Source: Phoronis australis (Eukaryota; Animalia; Phoronida). Taken from it: a stretch of 64,000 nucleotides of DNA. The translations under genes and the position numbers were made by a program. Below the pieces are notes generated by a model. It did no database searches. It was not told where the DNA came from and saw only the letters and a list, made by a program, of their open reading frames with translations. The first letter of the stretch is position 1. Every line of letters begins with the position of its first letter. The DNA lies in assembly GCA_002633005.1 (NCBI GenBank), contig NMRA01000170.1, forward strand, positions 627,007 through 691,006. Direction: 5' to 3'. Positions 54,703 to 64,000 of the stretch are shown in pieces.

Positions 54703-56511
54703 ATATTCTGGTGTCCCAAACAGTGAGCCACTTTTTGACAAGTAATTTCTCTGCAATTGACCAACTGAATTTGTTCCAATTTTTCATAAAGTATCTTCAG
54801 GGTATCATCAACAAGACAACAAAGTATCTCAGAGAAATATAAAAAATTATGGCAGTACTGTAAAATTTAATACAGCATTGTGAAAAATGCAATATCACTG
54901 TGACTTTCATCGTGTTCACGCTGTGCTGGCACCTGTCAGTCAAAGAAATTGTCTGCCTGGGTTTCATGTCTATTGTTTTTTCACTGTCAGATCTGTATCC
55001 AAATCACTTCTGTCCAATATTCCGGTTGGTAAGGATGCCTTTGAGTAAAAGTGATAAATTTACTGTGCCTTTGTGCCTCCCAACAGTCAATGACCAAACT
55101 ACAGAGGATTCAAAACCAGGCCATGAGGATAGTAACCAGTGCAGCTGGACCCACTCCGGTAGACAGTCTCCAATACTGGTTAGGTATCAATAGCATCCGT
55201 ACCAAACAGAAGACACTAGCAGCCCAAGCATTTCTAAAGGCAGCTACAACCAACTCTCATCCTCTGTATCTGGACTTGAGCGAGCATAGTGATGAGCACA
55301 CTGCACAGAGGCTGAAAACTGTTCACTCATGGGTTATCCGGGCTAGGGAGCTTGTTGAAGAGGTATGTCCAGTGGGAACATCAACAGCATAGAGTGGTCC
55401 AAAGCCATAAACTTTGTCATCAACACCATGAAGATTGGAGGCCGTCATTGGCGGGAAAGAGCTGACTAGAACAACCAAGCAACAGTATTGGAATGGCTTA
55501 AAGAACAATCTCCCACAATCATTGTTGCAACGGACGGCTCACTAAGAGATGACGCTATGGCTTGGGCAGCAGTTGCCTGGAATCGCGAGGGTCAACAGCA
55601 CGGGTTGGAAAATCCTTGTTTTTTAGAGCTGAATGTGAAGCATATGAAGACGCCCTAGTCTGGCTCTCACAGAACACAACACCTGCAGACAGATCATTTC
55701 TACTTACAAACTCCTTCAGCCTCATTAGCAAGCTAAAAACTGGTCATGTGAAAGATTCCTGGATCCCTCTGTTCACCTCTATTAATGGTCTCTTCACCAG
55801 TGTTGATACCAGGACACTGCGGCATCTCATTCAACGTCAAGGCGGATGAGCTTGCAGACATCGCAGAACCGATTGCCAACCTGCTCCTCACACCAGCAGA
55901 TGTAATCTCCAGAGTGCGTGAATCGCTTACAGATGCCGAGATTGTACAACAGCAGGAGAGATGGGCAACAAAGCGCCTCATAGAGCGAGGATGGCAACAC
56001 AGGGATGCAGCAAAAACTCCTCGTATCAGGGGAAAAGATCGAAGAGTGTGTAACCAGCACGAACTTGGTTGCATCTCCAGATTTACAGAGACTATCCCGG
56101 TGCCTACCCTCTGATGTCACCACAGAAACAGAAAAAGAAACAGATAAATTTACTATTGAAACCGGTATCAAGGAGAAAGGGTGGGGCCGAAGAAGAATTG
56201 TATGGGAGTTCCCAGAAAAAGGGTGGAGTCTTGCATTGTAAATAGACTTACTGCTAAAATACACAACACAGGGTCTGTTGCATGTAAAAGTGGCAAGTAG
56301 AAGACACAAGGAATCACAAATCTCTGAATCTCTTACGATTTTAATTTGACAGTATTTGCACAATTGGACACAGATCTCTTTTTGATATTTTGCACATTTG
56401 TTGATGAAATTCTAAGGTTCATCTGTAAGAAATTTGAAAAAATTTGATTTATCAGTTGCTGAGAAATCACTTGTCAAAAAGTGGTTCACTTTTTTGGGAC
56501 ACCCGATATAT
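54703..56511. mobile_element. Tc1/mariner-like non-autonomous element (long imperfect TIRs) interrupted by a LINE fragment
   Basis: ggtgtcccaaacagtgagccactttttgacaagt (54710) pairs with acttgtcaaaaagtggttcacttttttgggacacc (56470-56504). Similarity extends ~130 bp and the flanks are TA-rich. Confidence 0.7.
55040..56115 (+). mobile_element. Decayed non-LTR retrotransposon 3' part with an RNase H domain
   Basis: Across frameshifts: KLQRIQNQAMRIVT, IVATDGS, AECEAYEDALVWL, LLTNSFSLI and IPGHCGISFNVKADELA, which are RNase HI motifs. Confidence 0.85.
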
Positions 56512-56530
56512 ACATAATGTTATGTTCATG

Positions 56531-56555
56531 TACACACACACACACACACACACAC
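56531..56555. repeat. (CA)n microsatellite
   Basis: Direct inspection. Confidence 0.95.
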
Positions 56556-56636
56556 ATATATGTGGGTGCATACAAATTATGTATCAGGGCTTTAGCATGT
56601 GAAGCGAGGCCTAATGGGCAGCACTAGAATACTCAC

Positions 56637-56737
56637 CCAGCATGAAGAAATAATGCTATCCAAAGTCGGTAGGCCTGATCAGGGTGATCTGAGTGAGCAA
56701 ATGGAATCATCCCACAGATCTGGCTCATACACGTCAC
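56637..56737 (-). CDS. RHBDF1: iRhom exon
   Basis: Translates VTCMSQICGMIPFAHSDHPDQAYRLWIALFLHAG. Phase 0 to 2. Confidence 0.95.
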
Positions 56738-57434
56738 CTACAAAAATAACATCACTAACATTTGTATGATCCATACACGGCATCATGGACATTAAAGTCC
56801 CGTCCACACAGTCGTACCCGTGAACAGGTGGCACTAGTGTAACTTTCAACACTTTACGTCCAGCATCCACTCGCAAACATCTGATAACTAGCGAATGGCG
56901 GAAGTTGTCGCTCTGCGCGTAACTATGAACAGCGGATACGAATATGGTGCAAAAAAAAACATCTGTATCAGGGCTCGACACAAGTGGAATAAATGCTTGA
57001 AAATACAAGTGGAAAAAGTGTAGTACGAAACTAAAGTACAAAGATCACAAAACAAGTTCATTTGACTAGCGGATACATAATATTTAAAAGATCTTCATAC
57101 ATAGTCAACGAGTTATGTACCTCTTGGAATTTGCAGTTACCACCAGGTATTTTAAATTCAACAAGGAGAGCCTGGGTACAAATAAAACAATGCAAATGCG
57201 ACTGGGGAAGGGTTACCCAATTTAAGGGGTTTTTCGTGATTTTAAAAATTTTTCATAGGGAGATTGACACATCAAGGGCACATTACAATAAGCTCTAAAT
57301 AGTACATTCGAGGGATGACATGTTTTTTAACTTTCTTATACCACAAACTCAGGTGTACTTTGGGAAACAAGGGGCCTACAGACACAAATGTATCATCTAC
57401 ATGGATACAGAGAGAAGACCAGTATATCTAGTTA

Positions 57435-57640
57435 AGGTTGTTAGTGGTACCACTACCAAACTTAATGGCACCGTTACCTAAGTTCCTGATATAACCGTTA
57501 ACTATTAAGTTTATGGTAACGGGTATTGTTACCTAAGTTTATGGCACTGTTACCTAGCTTCATGGTACTGTTACCTTACTCTATGGTTCTGTTACCTAAG
57601 TTTCGGGTACTGTTACCTAATTTTATAGTACCGTTACCAA
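57435..57640. repeat. ~21-bp degenerate minisatellite (gttacctaagtttatggtact)
   Basis: About 9 diverged units. Confidence 0.85.
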
Positions 57641-58029
57641 CAGTGCATGGCAAAAGTGTTCAGACAAAATGTCCGCGTCATGATGACTAGGCACAAGCTG
57701 AATTCGTGGTCAAAGCAAACTTCCCTGATGACCGAAAATGAACAAGAAAGTTATAATAACATGTCTACGCCATTCTGTAATTAGAAGTGTTGCTGCCATA
57801 ATAGTTATTACCAATTATTTCTGCAGTTAGGAAAGCTAGCCATCATGACAGGGAAATTGTATTTAATCCGATCACTTTAATTTTCATGTACTTAAAATAC
57901 ATGGTACTCATATCTAATGTTTATGATACCATTGTCTAAGTCTATTTTGTAGACAAACTAATAACTGCTTAAATAAACTGTCTTGTATCATATAAAGGCT
58001 TTTTTGAAGCTCGCTGATTAGAGGCTCAC

Positions 58030-58209
58030 CTGAGAACATAGAGTTGCTTCCTCGTGGAAGTATCCTCGTCTGAACTGACAGTGTTCAGAGGTGGTGATGA
58101 TACACTCGCCATGGATACCGATACAACATGGCCGACCAGAGATCTTACACGTCATGTGCTTAGCTTCATGAGATGGGTAAGTGGACAAGTCTTTAGTCTC
58201 TTTGCAGAT
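58030..58209 (-). CDS. RHBDF1: iRhom exon (iRhom homology domain)
   Basis: Translates ICKETK...[43 protein letters not shown]. Phase 0 to 0. Confidence 0.95.
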
Positions 58210-59172
58210 CTGAATGAAGAAGACAGAATGGGAAACAGGATTAATAACACTGAGATACGCGTGAAGTAAAACACGTAATCAGAAGGTGGCATTTGACCAA
58301 CACAATGACAAGTACAGAGCTGGTAATATGGCTGGCAGGGATGTAAAAGACAGTGACAATAGTTTTCAGTAATAAAAAAACCTATACATATACACTATTT
58401 GATAATATTCAAATTAGTAAGTTCAAGTACATCCAAGCCTCCCCTGGATGCCTACGTTGCAATATATGAATTATCTTCTGAAATCCAACAAAGGAAATCA
58501 ATGTAAAAAAATATGGCGCGCTTTCAACATAGACGTCGCACATCACATCTGACGCAAACAAGTCAACATATTTTTGAAATTCATCCTGGTACAGGAATTG
58601 GGGATAGTTAAGCCTATAAAAGATCTTAAACCCAGCCGCAGAGCATCTAAAGCCGCGCACCGTACCAATGACTGCTGGCAACTCATCAGAGACACAACTG
58701 TAACATCCTTCGCCGCAGAGACACTAACTCTTGGGCTGTTTCCGATGAGTCCATTCATACTTGAATGTTGTTTAGGTAAAAAAAAGCATTGGTTGAACTG
58801 TTTTACATAACACATGGTACAGTCAATCCGCAACAGAGATCCAACATGACTGTGTTTAATATGACCAGTCTTCAGAACACTGCTAGCTTTCACATGGTTT
58901 ATGATAAAATAATATACACCCAACATGTGTACACAGTCTTGTAATTATCAATAAATGGTGGAGTGCCAGTGGCATTTCTCTGACATTTAGGTGGCAGGGA
59001 GGGTGCCATCCTGCACAGAAACGTAAGGCGATCATTGGATGACGAAGATAGGCAATTACCTAAAATCATCTCAAACAAGATCTGATATGAATATCGCTTA
59101 GTGTGTAATATTCAAATGGCATTACTGTTTATAGGACCTGACAAGGCTTGTATACGCATGTACACTACGTAC

Positions 59173-59236
59173 CGGCCAAGTTGTGATGTCATCTTTCCAT
59201 AAATACGGACTAACAGACGAAGGACTCGTGCAGTAT
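59173..59236 (-). CDS. RHBDF1: iRhom exon (iRhom homology domain)
   Basis: Translates (K)YCTSPSSVSPYLWKDDITTWP. Junctions ttccag| and |gtacgt, phase 2 to 0. Confidence 0.92.
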
Positions 59237-59473
59237 CTGGAACAAGGCAAATATACCGTTGCATTACTGTTAACACTCAGGTTAATGCCACCTCAGTTTT
59301 CAAAACTTTTTAAGTATGGACTCACTGCTCGGGCTAGATGTCCACCTTTTACTTTTGAGAATTTTCAATTATGCATCCACTGAAAAGAACAGTAAATTGG
59401 ACTGTCAAAGAACAGTAAAGTAGTACCGTATGTCAAAGAACAGTGAGTTAGACTTTAATACTAGACAACTTAC

Positions 59474-59562
59474 TTGGGGTCCTGATGACAAACAGTTCCC
59501 GACTGACGCTGCTCAAAACCAGGATTGTCACTGGACCACTTCAACCATGTCGACAGCAGCGA
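59474..59562 (-). CDS. RHBDF1: iRhom exon (iRhom homology domain)
   Basis: Translates SLLSTWLKWSSDNPGFEQRQSGTVCHQDP. Junctions tgtag| and |gtaagt, phase 0 to 2. Confidence 0.92.
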
Positions 59563-59741
59563 CTACACAAATATAAGGTATGATCATGTCACCATGATAC
59601 CATACAGCATGACTACTGTACAGTCACGTAACACAGTTATTGCATGGGAGTTGGTGGAAAAATGTGGATTAAAACTTTAATACGTGGTATAAATATGTCA
59701 AACTACACGTGTTGTATTCGATAGAGAAAGTCGTTGCCACG

Positions 59742-59938
59742 AATTTACATGAAATTTTATTTCTTTATTCTGTTAGCTACAATAACGAATCTGTGACTTT
59801 CTTTTAAGCCTATTAGCCACAGAGTTCAACTGTCAAAAATCAAAACTTCCCTTCATTTTGACAGTGGGTTTCTTGGGCTAAAAGGCCTTAAAAGAAAATC
59901 CCGAACAAAGAAACAGAAATTAAAAATTTCATGCAAAT
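59742..59938. mobile_element. Degenerate foldback MITE in an iRhom intron
   Basis: atttacatgaaatttt pairs with aaaatttcatgcaaat, cttttaagcc with ccttaaaag, and actgtcaaaa with ttttgacagt. Confidence 0.55.
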
Positions 59939-60074
59939 GTGAATTGTATTTCTTTAAAAATTGTCACAAGTAAGTGGGTATCATTTTCTTACATAATACG
60001 ATTCTGTGATCATCAAGGATTTTAAGGGTCTACTAGTAATGCTTCATAACGAAGGTCGTCTATTACCATAAGTG

Positions 60075-60575
60075 ACTATGACAATGATATTGTATGATGG
60101 AGTGATTATGATGTGATATTATACGAGAGTCATTATGATACATTGTATGATGGAGTCATTATGATATATTGTATGATGGAGTCATCATGACATATTGTAT
60201 GATGGAGTCATTATGATACATTGTATGATGGAGTCATTATGATATATTGTATGATGGAGTCATTATGACATGATATTGCATGATGGGAGTCCTTACGATA
60301 TGATGGTGTCAATGTGACATGATATTGTATGATGATGTCATTATATGATATAGGATGATCAAGTAACTATGACGTGACATTGTATGAAAGTCATTATGAC
60401 ATAATATAGCATGACGGAGTCATTATATTACATTGCATGTTGAAGTCATTACGATATATTACATATTGAAGTCATTATGATATATTGCATGATTAAGTCA
60501 TTATTATATTGCATGATGGCATCATTATGATATGATGTGGTACCATAAAGTCATCATGACCTGATATTGTATGAA
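60075..60575. repeat. ~26-29-bp degenerate minisatellite (atattgtatgatggagtcattatgat)
   Basis: Roughly 18 units, most homogeneous at 60130-60270. Confidence 0.9.
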
Positions 60576-60599
60576 AGAGCCTCCATAAATGTTAAGAGA

Positions 60600-60910
60600 A
60601 CTGCTGTTGCTGGATGTGCAGCAGAGGAGAGGCATTTGGAAATTCTTTACAAAGAGTCTGGTCCAATCACTTGTTGACTATGCTAAGCCAGAATCAAGTC
60701 AAAAGGTCTAAGGGAATGCACATGTGCACTGTGCTCTGCCAATAACCAACATAAGTCAAAACCAAGACAACAGGTTAGAGATATTACACGACATAGGTCT
60801 CTGTGTCAATACAGGATGTACCAAGTCTACCTCCGTTGAATCACTGCAATACCTCATGGGTAATCCTAACATTGTGGACAGACACACCCACCAGCAGGTG
60901 ACTTGTTCCT
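60600..60910 (+). mobile_element. Decayed LINE fragment related to the one at 55040-56115
   Basis: NRLEILHDIGLCVNTGCTKSTSVESLQYLMG parallels TKLQRIQNQAMRIVTSAAGPTPVDSLQYWLG. Confidence 0.6.
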
Positions 60911-61110
60911 AACATGGTGGACAGACAAACTCACCAAATGGGACCCATGATCACAGTTATGAATGGCTATCCAAAACCCTGCGCACACTCTTCACAGATT
61001 CACGAACCCAGTTGTCATTCCTCAATAGTACAACTTTTGACCCGCTAAATCCACTTTTAAAATGCCCCGTCGCAGGCTCAGCAGATGCTCATGGATATAA
61101 GTTAACTTAC

Positions 61111-61347
61111 AGAACATTTTTTCTTTGACATCTGAACGCATCCTGACCCATCATTCCTGACACAGCATGCAGTCTGTTCTTCCTTAATACGGTCAACAGC
61201 GATAGCAGTGAGGATGTTCTGATCTCTCCTCATACACGGCGAGAACTTGGCTCCGAGGTGGATCAGGTCAGCCTGACGTGGTCCTATCCACATGTTGGAC
61301 TTCTCATAGTAAGACACTTGTTCAATAGCCAGGTTCGAAGTGAACAC
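61111..61347 (-). CDS. RHBDF1: iRhom exon (iRhom homology domain)
   Basis: Translates VFTSNLAIEQVSYYEKSNMWIGPRQADLIHLGAKFSPCMRRD...ACCVRNDGSGCVQMSKKKCS. AG/GT junctions, phase 0 to 0. Confidence 0.95.
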
Positions 61348-61524
61348 CTAAAACAATACAGAGGCATTAGTTGTCATTGACTGACAATTTCAGGCAAAAG
61401 AAGAAACATGACATATCACAGAATTTTTGACATATATCTTAGTTATAGAATTGAGTGGAATGACGAACATCCATGGTAGATTCAGTTCAAAGGTTGCACT
61501 GCTTCATGGAAAATAACACAACAA

Positions 61525-61695
61525 ACTGGACAAACCCACTAGAGTAGGGGGGCACCTAGGTACCTCTGGACACACCCACTGGAGAAGAGGAAAAACCAGT
61601 AGGTACCTCTGGACACACCCACTGGAGTAGAGGAAAACCTAGGTACCTCTGAACACACTGTCAGTAGGGGAACACCTAGGTACCTCAGAACACAC
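61525..61695. repeat. ~36-43-bp tandem repeat x4 (ctaggtacctctggacacacccactggagtagaggaaaac)
   Basis: Direct inspection. Confidence 0.85.
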
Positions 61696-61789
61696 TACAA
61701 ACAGGATGATGACAAATTCCTAGCTAAAAAATAAAACTAGTATAAATTCCAGAAAGGTTAAAGAGGTCTTTTTATGAAAACCAAAAAGC

Positions 61790-62940
61790 ATACAATGAAT
61801 CATGACCATGGTGCTAAATTCCATTTGCATTCATTAAGGAACTCCGAAGACAAAAGGCAAACATAAAAAAGAATAGCCACTAGGATGCACAGGGGTAGTC
61901 AGATTCACTCAAAACTCGTGGTCATGTGCCGCCAGCTTCAAAGGAGCACATATGCCAAACCTCACAAAAATACATTTAGGAAATCCACAGCTACAGAGGA
62001 AAACATAAAAAATTGCCACAAGGTGACACAACAGTAGTCAGACACATCTGATAGTCCTAGACATTCATTGTCACAGCCACAGGAACACATGTCAAAATTC
62101 ACAACGATCCTTCAGTGGTTTAGGTGAACCAGCTGTGGACTCGAAAAAGCAAAGCTACAACTAGGGGGCACCAAAGAAGTCAAAGCTATCAAAAAATCAT
62201 CAGCAATGCTCGCCCCAGTAGGAAAATATACACCAATGTTCATAATAATCCTTAGAATGGTGGACAAGGAAGTTATTACATCCGAAAATTTCAAATTTCA
62301 GTCGATCCATTCTTGTTGTTTTATTTACCGATTTATATTCTTTAATGCAAACAAATGCATCAAGGAAGATGCAGAAGAAAACAAAAAAATTAAATTGCCA
62401 CAAGGACTCACAGCAGCAGTCAGAATTAGCTGTTTTTACCAAGTTTATAGAAACACATTTACCAAATTTAACAGCTTCTGTAGAGTGTTATGAGATACAG
62501 CCACGGACTCGAACTAGGAGGTGCCACAGTAATCGGAGCTGTCTGAAAATCATCGCCAGACCTCCTCTTCCCAGTAGGAACAAGTAGGTCAATTTTCATA
62601 ATTATCCTGAGAGTGGTTTGGACAACAAAGAGGCGGAAACAAAATGTGGAACAAAATACATTGAATCTATGGAAAAACAGGAAGGTGGGGTCATCTTCTT
62701 AATAGATACCTACTTGCCAAATTTCATGAAATTCTATTAAGGAACTCTGAAGACATAGAGGAAAACGCAAAATAAAGTTGCCGCTGGAGGGCACTATCAT
62801 GGTAGTTGGATCCATCCCAAAATTTGCTGATGCAGCATTACCCACATACCTGTAAATTTTCACGGACATCCATCTATACGATTTCGTTACAGCTACGTTT
62901 GCCAGACAGACTGGCAGAAATTATAGCATAATTCGCCCTG
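61790..62940. repeat. Interspersed repeat with degenerate internal units (Helentron/HINE-like)
   Basis: Recurring attaaggaactc(c/t)gaagaca, gaggaaaac...aaa..gcc and aaattt motifs, ending acagactggcagaaattatagcata. Confidence 0.4.
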
Positions 62941-63397
62941 ATATAAATAATATATTTGCGTAACAATGTATAAATGATTTGATCGACTTACGATGTCGAT
63001 GAACTCTGATCACAGATGTTTCTATATGTTTATGCACCAGTTTAATTTGAGCAAGAGTGCCCTCATTTGAAGATTCACGCATGAATTCAATTGATTTGCC
63101 CCGTCAGACAACCGAATGTGATTGTTGAAGTCACAAGATTAGGGAATAAAGTGGTGTGCGTCACTTATCTGACAGGTTCTGGCATTCGCAAAAATTGCAT
63201 ATTTGTTTTGTAAATTTCTTATCTATCAGCTACTCAATTCAAATATTCAATCATTCAAACTTTTGAACAGTTTAAATTTGCTAAAAATGATGCCAACCCA
63301 ATATTTAGCCCAAAACAAAGGACCACAGACAGAAAGCTAATACTTGCTTGAGTGTCTATTCCTACAGAATAAACTTATTACATGAAATTCTGAAAAC

Positions 63398-63560
63398 ATG
63401 ACTACACACGCACACACCCACCTTATCCTGCCCTCTATTGGTCATGACTATACACACCCACCTTATCCTGTCCTCTATTGGTCATGACTATACACACTCA
63501 CCTTATCCTGCCCTCTATTGGTCATGACTATACACACCCACCTTACCTCGCCCTCTATAA
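63398..63560. repeat. 40-bp tandem repeat x4 overlapping an iRhom splice donor
   Basis: Unit catgactatacacacccaccttatcctgccctctattggt. The last copy includes the exon end and the GT donor. Confidence 0.92.
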
Positions 63561-63658
63561 GTTTATCCTCCACATCAATAGGAGCTATACCATAGACAGA
63601 CACAGCAACAATGAAGACCACAATCTGCACAAATGTGACCCAATACGTAAAGTATGGC
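63547..63658 (-). CDS. RHBDF1: Inactive rhomboid protein (iRhom), exon encoding TM1; upstream exons lie outside the window
   Basis: Acceptor tcatttcag. Translates (R)PYFTYWVTFVQIVVFIVAVSVYGIAPIDVEDKLIEGE. Donor GAG|GTAAGG, phase 0. Confidence 0.95.
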
Positions 63659-64000
63659 CTGAAATGACAAAAACAACACTGCTTTGTGAGTGTTGTTGTC
63701 ATGCATAAGTCAACTGTCAAAGTACAGTAAAATCTCATCAATTTTGGACAAAAATAGTTGCCAAAATTGGTCTTTTTCCAAACGCTTCTAATATTGTTTT
63801 GAATGTCCACAGTTGCTGGAAACATTGCCTGAAGGTTGGCATGGCATACACATTTAAAATTGTATTTATTTGGTGCTACTTATCTTTCATTAAAAAAATG
63901 AAAACATAAAATTTCACTTGTCCGCCACACTGTGTCCTAAACTGGAAAGATTTTACCGTAGTGCAACAACAGTATATTGTGCCTCTTCTTCGACCACCTT

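Noticed and set aside
61525-61695. Repeat with variable intervening sequence, superficially CRISPR-like
   Set aside because: The apparent spacers are homologous to each other, there are no cas genes, and the context is a eukaryotic intron. The same applies to the 52.3, 57.5, 60.1 and 63.4 kb arrays.

Overview
AT-rich, intron-rich animal genomic DNA. It looks like a marine invertebrate, probably a lophotrochozoan or mollusc, though the taxon is inference only. Four spliced protein-coding genes were reconstructed by hand with GT-AG junctions and matching intron phases. (1) RNF217-like RBR E3 ubiquitin ligase on +, 5 coding exons at 11180-19214, 680 aa, ending in a PDZ-ligand-like ESTRL. (2) ANAPC11/APC11 on -, 2 exons at 27028-21812, 86 aa; its intron holds a decayed LINE and a spliced, frameshifted THAP-domain transposon relic. 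(3) Beta-thymosin on +, 2 coding exons at 43148-43723, 41 aa. (4) The last eight coding exons of an inactive rhomboid (iRhom/RHBDF) on -, 63658-48973, with its 5' end outside the window. The rest is LINE fragments, MITE/foldback elements, mini- and microsatellites, a 694-N gap and a probably artefactual ~660-bp duplication. I found no rRNA, tRNA, CRISPR or prokaryotic system, and no convincing wholly new multi-gene system. The best leads are the RNF217 C-terminal extension, a tandem repeat that creates an in-frame alternative donor in iRhom, the nested THAP element and a near-perfect 106-bp palindrome.
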